Assembly: GCF_003704095.1 (NCBI RefSeq)
Contig: NW_020844379.1
Location: 186,001-250,000, forward strand
DNA from: Pocillopora damicornis
Taxonomy: Eukaryota
Direction: 5' to 3'
DNA: 64,000 nt
Part shown: positions 36,826 through 51,800 of the stretch, in pieces
Position numbering within the stretch: position 1 is the stretch's first letter
How the letters are laid out: each line of letters opens with the position of its first letter
The notes under the pieces: model-generated
Databases searched by the model: none
Told to the model about the DNA's origin: nothing
Seen by the model: the letters and a program-made list of their open reading frames with translations, nothing else
Made by a program: the position numbers and the translations under genes

Positions 36826-39800
36826 GTAAGCATGATTTTTGTATCTTTATTGTTTACTTTCTTGTTTGTAATTACGGGTTTCATGATTTGTGGAGTGCCT
36901 TGCTATCTAGCAGCTTCCCGAACATGTCTCATTGCATAAATAATTTATGAGTAATGTTTACATTGCGAGGAAAACTTGATGTTTGAACTTGTGGAAATGT
37001 ATTTTTTTTAAGAGCAGATTTCTATACCACCACGTCTTCATAAAATTTTGTACCAGTACGATTTAGTTCTAACCACATCTTTCCCTTCTATCACATACCG
37101 CGGACTTAAAAATTCTTAAACGGATTCCAATTCTCTCGCATTTCTTACTTCAAGTGCAGGTGAAATAGCCACATATTTTAATTACTATAAACAGCTGGTT
37201 AAGGTCGTAAAGAACACGCGCCTCTTTTTTCCATTGGTGCGTTCATTGAAATCAAGGTGTTAATCTACTAATAAAAGCGTTTGATTAAAATAAAGGAAAT
37301 AAAATAAAAACGACCCCAAACGATTCCTTTATGGTTATAGAAGTGGTCAGGATAGAAGGTAATTCAAGCACTGTTATTTTTATTTCTTTGTGTTGTTGAG
37401 AATTTGCCTTTGGATTAGCCTTGCTCGCACTTGTAAAGAAACAATATCAAACATTAACCTGGGACTTTAGTATTCTTTTTGATGTTAGGGTTTACCTGTT
37501 CACAGGGAAGGTAAAGAACATGTCGGAGATTTTTTTCACAGTAAGTTATAAGTGAACCAGGCTCATTATCTGGAATACTGATTTCTTACTGTTCCAATAT
37601 TGCTTTTATTATTATTATTGCTATCTCAATAAGGTGGTGATACTAACTACTTAGTAACTTATAGTAAAATAATAATGAACACATGAACAGCTTAAATACA
37701 CTGTAATTTGAGCATGAATAAATAGTTTTATCACAATTGTGTCTAATCTGCCAGATAATTGCCAGCTACCCAAAACTAAGAATGAACAGCATTAAAAAAT
37801 AAGGACCAAGTATTTTGAGATCAAAGTTTGATTAAAAGAAAGGCAATTATTGTTGCTTAGAAGCAAAAGTTGTCAGACTTTCTTGCCTTTAGGAGACCTG
37901 CACAATAGATTCGCTACATTCTAATTATTGTTTTATGGACTTCAAGGCCAGGAAATTGATGGCATTGTGTTGAAATTCCTGAAAGATGCAAGATTTGAAA
38001 ACAAAGTTTTTTACAGAACAGTAATTGACAAACAGACCAATAGTTAAGAACAATACATGAGGGTCAAAATAATTCTTCAAATGTGGCAGAGCCTCACCTG
38101 ATGTCAGCAAGTTCAGTGTTCGTTTCCACTCGTAATTGATAGCTTGTTTGGGAATCAAAATATTGATGATTCCAAAGCTAATTTTGTTGCTATCAAGAAT
38201 TAAACATCCAGAGTTTTCTAAATCAAGTATTCTTTAGCATATTATCCATTTCATTTTGAGCTTCAGAAAGTTTATTTACATTTGGAACAGAAGAGAAAAC
38301 AAAGGTTTTGAAATTCAGAGCTTAAGTAGTGGGGAACCATGCAGCAAAATACAATTGCACACCACAGAGGTTTATACTGTGATGGCTCAATAGGAAAAAC
38401 ATAGGATGAGCAAGTCCTCTTTTATGATCATATATAGTATCAGAAGCATAGGAGTGAAATGCTTCAGATGATAAAACTAAAGGATGTTACAAGGTCACAT
38501 GTCAATAAATTCATACCCACATGGGAACAGTTAATGTTCTTTTTATCACTTGGAGACATTTTTAAATGCATTTGAAGAGCAAAAGTGCAATGATCAGATA
38601 TAATTTATTGCAGAAGGGCTGTTTTAACATCAGAATAAAATATATATACAAATGAAAAAAAAAAGACTGCAGGAAAAAAGGGTAGATTACTGATGTTAGA
38701 TCCTAGAAGTGAAAAGGTTGTAAAAACTTTTAAGGAAAAGTAAAACTGGTCACCATGATAACAATATTTGTACAGGAAGATTTAAATGGTACCCTATTAC
38801 ATGAAATTTTCTGACTTGGTACAATTCATGTACTGAAGTTAACTATTTTTATGGATCAAAATTCTCTTTTGCTTCTGAAAAATGAAAAAAAAAAAAAAAA
38901 ACTGGCAAGAGTAAATCAGTGATAAGAACTTCAGGACATTTCCTTAGACCAATGGTGTGGTGGATTCACATCCTCCAGATAGGTTTTTTTGAGTGTTTGA
39001 AAAAATTTTCAGAAACCCCCTTTATTATTTTTGGCTTGAACATTACCATCAATGTTAACTTATGAGTCTTATTTCAGAGAGGTGAGGTCTCAATGTTTCC
39101 AGGCAGTCCTAGAGCTCCAAAAAAAAAAGATAAAACATTCTTGGGAGTTGGAATTTCCAAACATAACTGCATGTTCATTGCTACCTTATGTATTTTTTAA
39201 AAAAGTTTACCTGATTAAAATCAGAATCTTACTTGAAAATCTTTTTGTTCACAGCTTGTTGGCAATCTGTTCATATTTGTATGTGCCAATATAACGGGGG
39301 TCTTTACGAAGTATCCAACAGAGATTTCACAACGCCGGGCTTTCCTAGAAACTAGGCGATGTATAGAGTCAAGGTTGACCATCATGAAAGAGAACCAGAA
39401 CCAGGTACTGTTTGATATAATTTAATTTAAACTTGAATATTTTTTTACTCTGGCAAATGAAAAATGTAACCTGGAAAACCTATGTTATGTGCCCCATGTT
39501 ATTTGACTGGTTATAACTGATGTGTTTCAACCTGTACATGTGTTATTCCATGTTCACAACCAGTCTCCAGAAAAAAGGGTGTTCTAGGTCAGAGGCGAAG
39601 GATATAAATGTGGTGTATTTTACAATATAAAAAATGGAGCTTGGTGTGAGCATTAGTAATGATGTTTTTCATCATTTATTTGTTTTTTTTTACTGTATTA
39701 CTAATTAAAGGGACTGTTGAGAAGTGGGATCTACAACGTGATGCTTTGCTTTAATAGTATTCCCTTTAACTGAGTGTGTACATACAAAATAAGAATTAAA

Positions 39801-42800
39801 GAAAAAGGTGATATTATTCATGGAAGGAGACAGGAATACTCTGAGAAAGAGAACTTCTATTGCTCCCACCTAGCAGTCAAAACTACAACCTTGGAATTAG
39901 CACTTTGGATGCTCTGCCACTGAGTTATAGGAGACTAGTGGCAGGCTATAGATAAACAAGTTTCTATTGAGAGTTTGTTTGACAGAAAAAATGTTTTTAA
40001 TAGAAAAGGAAATGGGGTTACAGAAAAAAACTTAATAAATTTTTAATTGCTAACAGAGAATATTTTGAAAGCTAAAAAAAAAAAAAGCAAAAAAAATTCA
40101 AAAGTTCATCTTAACTCTCCAAAAAGGTTAAGAGTTAAATTCAGGTGTTTCAAGAATTAGGCTGACAAAAGGGCCTCATAATATCCCAGTAAAAACAGAA
40201 TTCAGGGGTCAAAAAACTGGAGAAATATGCCTCTCAGAGGCTGCCTGCTGAAATAAATTCTGCAAAATTGGTGTGTTCACTGATGTGCTCCCCTAGCTCA
40301 CTATGGAGCAATAATATACCAGGGTAGGTGAACATCAGTAACAGATGAATTCAGATCTAATGTTTTAATTTTTAATTTATCTTCCCTGCTATATTATTAG
40401 ACTCACAAACATTCCTTTCAATGTAGGAGCGTCTATTGCTTTCTGTTTTACCAAGATTTGTGGCTATGGAAATGAAAGCAGATATAGAAAGTGGGGCATC
40501 AGAAACAATGCAGTTCCACAAAATTTACATTCAAAGACATGAAAATGTCAGGTTTGTAACAGTAATGGTTCAATACACAAGTAAGGAAATCAACAGTGTG
40601 GAAGTAGGAAACATCACCCTTCATTTCTTTTACAATCACTTATACATTGACTGAGACTTAGTGGGTTTTTTAGTGGTTAAGTCAATGAAAAACTTGTCAT
40701 CCTTGAGGGATCTCAGCAAAGAGCTTGACCAAACTGGTGTTATGTTGCTCAAAATATTTCATTTTTTGTTTCCTTTGGCTTTCCACAGCAATTTTATATG
40801 TTCTTTGCCATGGCTCTTTAGTGAGTAAAACAATTTCTATAGTACACAATATAGAGGCTGTGATTATATGCAGACAATCTCCCTGGCTGTGATTATGTGC
40901 AGACCCTCATTTAGAGGGTAACATGGAATTAATTACTACTTTTATTGCACTTTACCATGTTGCACATGTAAGTCATTCAGGCTAGATCATGTCAAAGTTT
41001 AAGAGTGTCAATTCAAGGTGGGGGTTTAAACATGTGCAGCAGTTGCCTCAAGTTTTTTGTTGTCTTTCATTTCAGTATATTGTTTGCTGATATTGAAGGA
41101 TTCACCATGCTTTCATCTCAGTGCACAGCTCAGAAGTTGGTTCAATATCTCAATGAATTATTTGCCAGCTTTGATATGCTTGCTGTGGTATGAACTTTCC
41201 TTTCTTCTGAAATCTTTTTTTAATATCTTAGCAATTCTGCAAGTCATTTCTATTTTAGTTATATATTAAGTTATGTGATATTGGATGCATAAATTGTTTT
41301 AACTTGAATTCTACCACATTCCTCGCATGAATTAAGTTTACTGAGAAATTAGAAAAGCTTCCCAAAACAATCTTGACTGACAAAATTTAAATGTTACAAT
41401 GAGTCAATGATTTAAAACATTTCATAAGCTATTGCATAAAGAGGAAGTATGCCATTCTGACTGCCTAACACCTCAATTAATGGAGTAAACATGAGGGATA
41501 TTCATCAAAGTTTGCTACAATAGATCTTTTAACAATTCTTTTTAGTATTCATCAAACTTTTCAGCCATTCAGCCTCAATGCTAGGTCTAAATTTGTTTGC
41601 CTATGCTAATCAGTATTAAGGCTAGTGCCCTATTATTTGTGAAGGAAGCCAGTCAGCAGTTTAATCACGTTTTTTCCCTTTCCAAGGAAAACCATTGCCT
41701 GAGGATCAAAATATTGGGAGACTGCTATTACTGTGTGTCTGGATTACCAGAGGCTCGCCCTGACCATGCTCATTGTTGTATAGAGATGGGCTTAGAAATG
41801 ATTGATGCCATTGCGTAAGTTCTTTGTTTAGTTTGGTTTCCGTCTTTTGTTGTTAAAGTGCCACTATGATAAAATTTGCATTTGTCCAATCCAAGCTGTG
41901 TGAAACAGTATCAAACACAAAGAGACAAATGTTGAATATTTTCAAATATCTCTCTGGCCTCAGAATCAATTAAGTTCTTGAAATGTGCAAACTAGAAAAG
42001 TGCTGATATTATAAACTCTGCCACACTAAGTCTTCTGGTAAAATACAAAAGCAGATATTTAGGCCAGTTTGCATGATAAATTTTGTTTGTGGTGGTAAGC
42101 TTGAACCAAATGTGTTTTATGACTCTCCCTGTTGGCTTAGGATTCCCCAGTCATCTGCTGGTGACACTTGATTGTAGTAATATTCGCTCATGACGCACAC
42201 TTCACTCCCGTGCATGATCTGAAGAGTTTAAAAAGTTGTCAAAGATTGGAAAGGGTTTGTACAGCTCAGGAAAGAGTGTTTCTCTTTTGTAACTGGACCC
42301 TATCACACTACAAGTGTGCTTGGTGGAGAACCAGTACTTTAAAATTTTTAAGTCCCCCTCCCCTCTTCCAAAACATGCCCTTTCCAGAAATAACTGCCCA
42401 TCTAATAGAAGCAGCCCTTCATAAATTGCCACAGTAAAGCCCCATGTGAGATAAGCCTTAACATTGAAGGAAACATGGCCTTTAATTGTGAGATCACTGG
42501 ACACAAAGGTAAAAGAATGGGGAAAGGGGAGACTTCTTCCTTTTAAAATGGTATTGATTCAGAAACAAGGCCTTTCAGATGTACATGAGTTGGTTAAAGA
42601 GAAGCCCTCGGGTCTCAAGTGCAAAGTTAACGGCAAAGCTTTGGTGTAAGAATAATATTGCAATAAGTACATGATGATATATTGAAACTGTTGCTCTGGC
42701 CATATAGATCCAATGTGTCGCACCCTCTTTTGATAGTAGTCAGCCTTGTTTCTGTGGTAGTTACTGTAAATACCTTTATTAAAGGGAAATACTCATCAAT

Positions 42801-45800
42801 TTCATGTCACTGGTCATCTTTTTCTGAAACAATTTTGAATTTCAAACATCTTGGAACAATCAGAAAGTAATGGCTTCCAGAAGTAACAGCTGCCTAAAAG
42901 TTGGCTGAATTAGAGAGAAACATTGACTGCTGCTTTTTTAATCAAATGATGTTTGACCAAGTCTCAATTGTCCAGCTAGCATATTGTATTCATGATGTTT
43001 TTATTATCATTTCTGTTGAGTATTACTTTTGGTTGTTTTTTAGTATATTAATCAGTCTTCTGACATCTGCATAACACTGTCTCTGTGTGTGATTTCTTTT
43101 GGTTATTCATATCCACCACTAACTCAATATTCTCATTAGATACTAGATTTTCATTAGGAAATGTTTATACCCTCATCTCAGGTTAATATTAAGAAAGATT
43201 ATCCTTATATTGCTATTAAGATGTTTAGTGTAGCTTGTATACTTAGTTATCTAATTTGCATGCACAATGATTCAAGATCTTCAGATACAGATATATGTAA
43301 ATTTCTTTTATTATATCATTATGTTCTTCTCATATTTTTATATTTGTCATAATTATTATATTGCACTTATTATTACAGTTATTTTTATTCATTTTATGTA
43401 GGAGTGTACGTGAAGCAACTGGTGTCAACTTGAATATGAGAGTTGGCGTTCACATGGGAAAGGTTCACAGTGGGGTGTTGGGACTTGTCAAGTGGCAGTA
43501 TGATGTGTGGTCAGATGACGTAACAACTGCAAATCACATGGAGTCTGGAGGACTGCCAGGGTATTTCTCCTACTTTCTTAATTTGTCAACCCTTTACTCC
43601 TTATCATCGTTATGCATTAATTTTCTCTACACTGTTCTCTATACATTTCCTAAGGTGCTAGCAAGGAGAATTTGTTTAATAATCAAGAGCTGCTTTAGTT
43701 GGTGATCATTTCCTTCATTCTCATGACCTTAATGTGTGATTCAGGGGTGATATTGTAAGGAGAAATTAGACGTCAGTCACTGTTGGGGTTAGGTTAATGC
43801 TGAATTATATTATTTCCCACTCTGTAGTTGAATGTACCAAAATCTGAAAGGGAATGGTGGAAGCCAGTTATTTAACTTAACAAGAAAGTGTTGCATATCC
43901 ACCAGAGAGTGCTTAATTGAGGTTCACTGTCTTACTCAATGCTCAAATGAGGTCATTTAACAAAAAAAAAAAATGACCAATACTGTCTTTATTTAGGGTA
44001 AATTTTTTAGGTCACTGACTATTTTAAACTGAAAATAGTTTTTAAAATCCTTGGAGTGATAGACATGGAACTATTTGTTTTGATCACAAAAAAAATATCC
44101 AGCAAAAGGTTTAGCTTCTTAGCTAAATGTTGTCATGGTGATATATTACCAATTTTTTTTTGTTTAATACAGTGTACAAGAGGAAACATTGTCAGCAGCT
44201 ATTTATTTGGTGGCAATGAAATTGTAGATTGAGAATAACACTCATTGCCTGAGAAAAAGAATTCTTTGAATTATATCACAAATTTGATGGAAGCATTTTC
44301 CATTCTGAAAAAAATTATTTATATCAAAAAGTATTAACCCAGAGCTCAATGTGAATGGTACATCTGAAATATCCATTTTTTTGCCATTTGGGTTTTTGTA
44401 TTTAAAAGTAGTTGCATATTTTGGGGCTGCTTATGGTTTTGGTTTGTTTCATCTATTTAGTGTTGCTCCCATTGTTATTTCTTGCCAGACGTGTTCATAT
44501 AACAGACTCTGTACTGAATTGTTTAAGTGGGGATTATGAGGTTGAAGAAGGGCGAGGACAGGAACGGGATCCTTATCTAAAGCAGTACAATATTGAATCA
44601 TACCTTATTGTAGCTGAACACCCAAGGGTAAGTCTGTCATACACTTTGTCAGTGTAAGATAGAAACTTTGACTACTTGCAGAATTTTCTAAATTGCTTCC
44701 TTTGTGTTATGATAAACAGAGAAGGAGAAAGAGATTTGGAAGGGTAGTTGTAAATGTTCTCAAATTTAAAACACTGTCAGAAACCTAAAGCTGATTGCTT
44801 TTCAAGCAGCTTCATTAGCACTGCATTATGAAAGAGGAAGAACTTATATTTAATATTAAATTAAAAGACCATTGTGTTTGTAAAATTTGACTAAATTTAC
44901 ATTTAGGATCTTTTTCTCTCAGTAGACGCAATGTACATTTTATATTTTAGTCATCTGCTTCATAAACTGTTCTTTTATTGTATTGTATTAATTATATAAA
45001 TTTAATCCCAAGAATTGATTGCAAGGATTGTTCTAGTATCCCATAGAATACAAATTACATTTTAAAAAAGTGATAACCGAGTGTTTTGCAGGCATGCAAA
45101 AATAATGCTTGACTACTACATGCTATGGTCTTCAATATGTATGCAAAAAAAAAAAAAAAAAAGATGCATTTGTCTGTGTTATTGGTCCCGTAATGGTTGT
45201 TGATGTTTGGGGAAAATGCTACTGACTAGGAGAGGTACCGGTGGTTTACTGCTTTTCCAGAATCTTTCACAGCTGCAAAGGATAATCATTCAACATTACT
45301 TAGCCATTAACTTTGAGTCTTTAAGTCTATAAAGTTGGTAGGGTAATAAATTAAGGATAGACTTTCCAGGTATCCTTTGCCAAAAAAGTTGAAAAACTTT
45401 ATTTTTAGTTACAAATAATAACAAAAAATTTTTATTTCCTCCCATATGACATACTTTTTTTACCTCAATGGAATGCACTTTCTTGGTCTTGCACTATGTA
45501 GAAGGTATGCAAATAAAAATATGTTACTCAGTCACATATATTACACATTTCACATACTCAAGTTTTGCTCTTACTTGTGACAGATACTAATAAAAAAGCA
45601 AGATGAAAATTGTATGCTGTTAAAAAGAGCTAATCTTATGTTCTGTTCAGGAGTAAATTGTTTCCTCTGGATATTGTTAAATTAAAAGTGGTTTACTCAA
45701 GCACTGGCAAAGAAAATTATCATAAACTTGAAGTGAAAACTTCAATGTCAGAGTGAGGCTTTGTGTGAATTTTTGGTCAGAAGTTTCACTTGTTTCAATT

Positions 45801-48800
45801 TTTGTGTGTTAATATCCCCTTAATCCAGTTCTCCCAAATGATTTTAAATTGAAGAAATTTAATTTTGATCATTACTAAGTGTAACAAGTATTCACCTAAG
45901 ATTTGCTTTTAACACCCTCAGCGAAAAAATACTGCCTTAAAAGAAACTAAGCAAGATGATCAAGACAAGAAAATGCAGGCAAGGTAAGTTAAATTTAGTG
46001 TCTGTTGGTTTGAGAATAACTGAGCCTCAGAATTTTAATCACAATGGTTGAGATGATTTTACTCAAAACAATTTTTGTTTCTCTAATTCTTCTGGCAATT
46101 TGAGGAGCCAAAAACATTTTGTGGAAGTGCTTCTCAAAATCCAGATACCACAATATCTGGTGTAAACTTTATTTTGTTTGACAGGCTAGGTATTACAGCT
46201 TCAAATCAGCAAGATCCAGAGGATGAAGTCAATGAATTTCTGGGAAGCTCTATTGATGCCCGCAGCATTGACAAGTAATTTTGTTTCATAATTTTGTGTA
46301 GAAATTATCATAGTTTTGAACTATTTTGAGTTATTTGACTTTACATGACTTTGTTTTAGGTTGCGCAAAGACTATGTGCGGCCAGTACTTCTCACATTTA
46401 AGGATCCAGACAAGGAAGAGCTTGTAAGTACAGAAAAGGCAACTTTTTTTTGCATGCAGAAAGGTGTTTGTTACATCTTTACTCAGAATATGAATTTCCC
46501 TCAGTCTTTGCCAAAACATCTTAGTCAAAAAAATAATTGAAGCAACCATTTCCTATAAGATTAGAATTTGAACCCATGTGATAAACGAAATATGACTTGT
46601 TACTTTTGGCATGAAGGTGATGAAGTTAAATACATGATATGACTGTTCAATGGAGACTATTTCTGATACCTTTCCTCAGCAGGCATCTCTGCATGGTTGT
46701 CTGATTGAGACTCCCTTTGGTGATTTTGGCAAAAAAAAATTATTGAATAGGCCATTTCTAAGTTATTGCAGTCTGGTATGAAATTACAGTGTGATGACCA
46801 CTGGCTATGTGCAAAGTTGCTTTCATTAGTACAAAGAATAATGAGCTGTGGTGGTGAAAATGATACTCATATTCAGTGTAGGAGAGTAAAATATTATTTT
46901 TCAGAGTTTTTGTTTGACCTCCTTCTGCAATGTAGCTTCAATTGCTTTTATGTCATCATTTAACCATTTTTTTCCTTTGATTGGTAAATTACAAATTTTA
47001 ATTCTGCAAATTACAGATTTCTAGTTCATTTTGCAAACATATTTCAATTTTTTTTTCTTTTTTTTTTCTTTACACAAATTACAGTAAGCACTCACTATAA
47101 ATCAGCAAGAAAAAATATACATCCAAGCATTCAAAATTCTAGGTACTGGAAATTTGCTGTGACTTGTGTGTAATTTCCCTAACAGCTTTTTGCAGCCTTG
47201 GGCAGAAGAGGCTAGTTGGATCTGCTTTTTTTTCGCTGCAGCGTTCTTCCATAAAACAAACAGTGTGATCAAACAAATCAAACTGCAATTTTATTTCCTT
47301 TAATTGCTGCTATCACCTAAGTGTATACTTCTCTCCCACATACATTTTCACTCTTGCATTGAATTTCAAGAAATTTTCACTCATTTTCACACCACTGTGA
47401 CAGCTCTTTATTCTTTACACAGATGAGAAAAACTTCACACTTAGCCTAGTTCTATAATGTTGGTACCAGATCACTGAACTGCGGAAACTCAGAATTAGCC
47501 CATTACTGTATTTATCTGCAGAGAGGCTGCACCCCAAATGCTTAATTCATATTTGTGGAAATAGTTAGTGAATTGGGATTAGAGATCAAGTAGCTTTTGT
47601 AATAATTTTCATTAAGAAAAAAAAGTTTAAGAATATATAAAGCTGGCCTAGAAGAAAGTGTATGACCAAAGTCAAGCTGAAAACAGATGCATAGTTAAAG
47701 TCAAACTACATAACAAAATTGGAATCTCATCAATTCTCAGAAATTTTTCCTGTGCCACTCTCTGTAACAAACAAAGACATTTTTTCTTGTTATGATTGCC
47801 ACCTTCAAACATTCTTTGAGTCTACTTGATACTGGCATGTTGCCTCTCTGGGATCCTTTCTTGTAGAGTAAGTAATAAGGGTAAGTCTAAGGCATGCTGT
47901 TTATGATATATTGGAAGATGCTTTTGGTTTAATGATTTCACAGAAATGCTTTCCAATTTTACTAGCACATAATGAAAATTGATACCATATAACATAGGAG
48001 AAAAACTTGTGTCTGTCAGGTTGCAATGATGTGAATCAAATTGGAAGAAATCGTAGTTTATATATAAGTATGGTTTGGCTTATGAGAGAAATGAATGGAG
48101 CTTTGTATTTATTTGAAATGGACAGCAATGTAGGAGGGTATCACATTCATGTTGGCAGCTAAAAACTTTGAATTGGTTATTTCTTGTCAAGTAGTCCAGA
48201 AGTGTGACAAGTTTGTGAAAGTGACAAGTTTAATAAGAATAACTTGGCAGGGATGGAAAGGAAAGTGTCAAGCATTCACCATTGGCATTCTGTAGAATTG
48301 TGCCTTATTTTATGAAGAGCGGTGCTGAAATTTACTGTCAACTGAGTGGGAAAAGGAAGCACTCTGTTGGCCCACAAGTAGGAATGGCCATTCTTTGAAA
48401 GCTGCACTGAACTTCCCTTGGTGGTCTTCCTTACACAAGAATAGTTAACAAAAAGCTTGATGCCCTTATTTCGGCAGAAAGGACCAAGATTATTTGTAGA
48501 TGTGAATGTAGTATTTTGTTGTGTTTGCTGTGATGATCACTGAGTTGATGCAAAAGCAATATTTGTTAATGTAAAACTCTGAGCTATCATGCATATTAAT
48601 GAGGTGTAACTTTTGTCCCATTTGTTGAAAAAAAAAACAAAAAAACCTGTGGCCTAATATCCACTGGTAAATACAGTGCATCTTTCAAAGGTGAACCTTT
48701 TGTTCATATGACTATGCTTGCAACATAAACACTGCATGTTAATGTTAGCAAGGAAACAAAAATGGTATTTGTAACACTGATTGAGTGGATTCAAAAAGTA

Positions 48801-51800
48801 TCTACAATAGTAGTTGCAAATATTAAAAATGTTCCATTTAGTGTAAAATACTAATATTGGAATACTAATAGTAAAATTAGTTTCAAGGTGCCATGCAAAT
48901 CTCAGTGCAAAAGTACATTCCCTCTGTTACTGTAAATTACAAGCAGTGGAAAGTGCTTTCATTTTGAACAAGTCAGTGAAACTAACTAAACTCATAAGCC
49001 AAAATAAATGATTAAACTAGGCAGGTTGATCTTGTTTCAGTTACTCTTTTTCTCCTGATAGTTTTAAATTGTTATTTTCTGTTATTGCAGTATTCTCAAG
49101 AAAAGGATAGAATGTTCAAGTCTTACACTGCATGCATTCTTCTCCTCTTTGTCCTCATAGTTATGGTTCAGATTACAACCCTTCCAAGGTATGTATTCAA
49201 ATAAATTAAACTGATAAAGTACATATAGGTTACATAATGTAATGTTACCACACATCTTTAAAACTTGTGAAGGAAACGCGAACTTACGATTTACACTGCA
49301 TTTTTTTGGAATCCAAGTCGTCTAATTTTAGGGAGCCTATTAGATTAAAGCTCTCTTCCATTGCCATTTTTTCACTGTGTATTATGACCTCCTTCCTTGT
49401 CACTTTTTGAGAGTAGGTAGTAAATGTCACTTATTACAATTACATTTATACCTGGAAACTGCATTTCTGGGTAATACTTTGAGCTCTCTGAGAAAGTTTA
49501 CCCACATGAGGTCCATTCTGTACAAAGATGTTGGCATGGCTGAATTGATACAATATTTTTTTTGTTTTGTTTGTTTGTTTGTTTTTTTTCTCACAGCCCT
49601 CACCCTTTTTATTAAGTGTTTTAACTCTTTCACCCCCAGGAGTGACCATTTCTCCTTACAATATATATTAACCCCAAATCACACATTCAGGTCATAAGAA
49701 TAAAGGACATTGTCACCAACAAGAGAAGCTCTTAGGAGTTGTATAGGGAACTGTATGGAGAATATGCATACTGATGTTAGGGTGGAAAGGGTTTAAGCAT
49801 GAATTACTGATTAAAATAAGAGACAGTAAGTCTATAGGATCTTTGAAGCTAACAGAGAATGTCTTTTATTAGTCCTTAAATGGGGTAAATCAAAGAGCTT
49901 TGGACCTCTGGTTTGCCTGTAAAACAACATATTTCAGAAATTATCACAAAAAGGACTTGGTCTATGAACATAAATTTGCCTATTTGTAGTCTTTGGATAA
50001 TCTCAACATATATCGTTGTTGGTTGTTTTTAGTTAATAATTGGGTAGGTATAATTCTAATTACAATTTTTTTTTTCCTATCCTTAGAACATATGTAACTA
50101 TGGCTGTTTTCATAAGCACATTTCTTGTTGTTGGTGCCCTTTTCCTATTGGTTGTAGCTGAGAAGTGCCAGGTATGTTTAATTAAATTTTAGTCTACAAT
50201 GTTTTCATAAAAATATCTCATTTCTGGTCCTTGTTTGTAGACATCTTTCCCTTTAATTTACCAGAATATACCAAGTGGTTTGAGGAGCATTTCAGCCAAA
50301 CTTGCACAGTCTCAAACCAGTTGCAGAGTAGTAGCAACTGTATTGGTTCTGACTTTGTATATTGCTGCCATTGGAAATTTTGTAAGTACTTGAACCCATA
50401 TTTATAGTTCAATGTTATTCCCAATTAAATCTTTACAAAGCAGTTTTATGTACTAATGTGAAGTACTTCATATGATGATGATAATCTGACCATGTGTTGT
50501 CGCTCAAGTGCAATTTTCTTTACCTAATGCCTTACACAACCGACCGCCCATTATAATGTCATTTGTAGTGAACTTTGAATTTTTGCAGTTTGTTTTTCTT
50601 TGATTGAGGGGCTCTTTGTTGGCAATACTAAGAGCTAATGTTTATTACAAAATTGGTGTGGTGAGATAGACACCTAACTTCTTAACTTTGAAGACATGAC
50701 AGAAGTGGTAAGTTTTGTATGGTTTCATCACATTTACAGATAAGATAAAATGAATTGTTATGTCTGTGATGTTCTTTTTCAGTTTGGCTGTGACTTAGGG
50801 AGAGAACTGATGGTAGGAAAATCTAGATGCAATGAATCTCATTTGTCTTATGTTGGGCTTCATCCTGATACAAAATTCTGTGACTACCCACAGGTAAGAG
50901 GGACAAAATAGCTTACATCACCAAAGATGATGTCTCAAATAAGTTATTAACCTCTGAAATTCATAAAGAACATTAAAGAGCGCGTGATATATTGTGTTCA
51001 TAGTACTATTAAGATGGCTGATAGCTGATTGTTAATAAAAGTGAAACTTGATACTGAAGTTGAGAGAAAGTTGTCTTTTAACTTGAAATAACCTCAGAGT
51101 GGTTGAAACTTTTTCAACTTTGTTAAATTGTCTTTTGGAGAAACTTCTTAAATGAAGATTTTACTGGTGAATATTGAAAAATATAATTTTGATACATTCA
51201 TAATACCTTAGGAATGAATATGATTTGTTAAATTAATTATGTGTTCACTTTAACTACTATTTGTTGTTTTTCTTTTTTCAGTACTTCACATTCAGTGTGA
51301 TGTTAGTGATGATAGGCTGTGCAGTCTTCCTGCAGCTTAGTACAGTGCACAAGTTTTCAATGTTGGCAGCCATGTCAACTATCTTTATAGTCTTGATAAG
51401 AGTTGTCTTTACAGATCTTTTCAACAATCATGATAAGATCCATTATTGTTGGTGAGTACCAGTATAGTAGGAAGTTCTATTGTTTGAATTCATGTTGATC
51501 GCAGCATTTGAGGGACACCATGTTAAGCCACACATGTGCACTTACTTACCCTATTAACTTTGAGAACAACAGCAACCATGTTTTCGCTTTGAGAATACAG
51601 CGATGGAGCAAAAAATTACTGGTAATGGAGAAAAACTCAGCAAGCCAATGAGTCACACAACGTAGTTCACTCAAATTGGTTTATTATGTAAATTATGTTG
51701 TTTCTTAGCCAAGTACTTAAGGCCCAGCCACTTGAATAGTCAACATGTAAAGTCATGATGTGCCCTGTCCAAGCATACTTGGAGCTTGCATAATGAGGAA

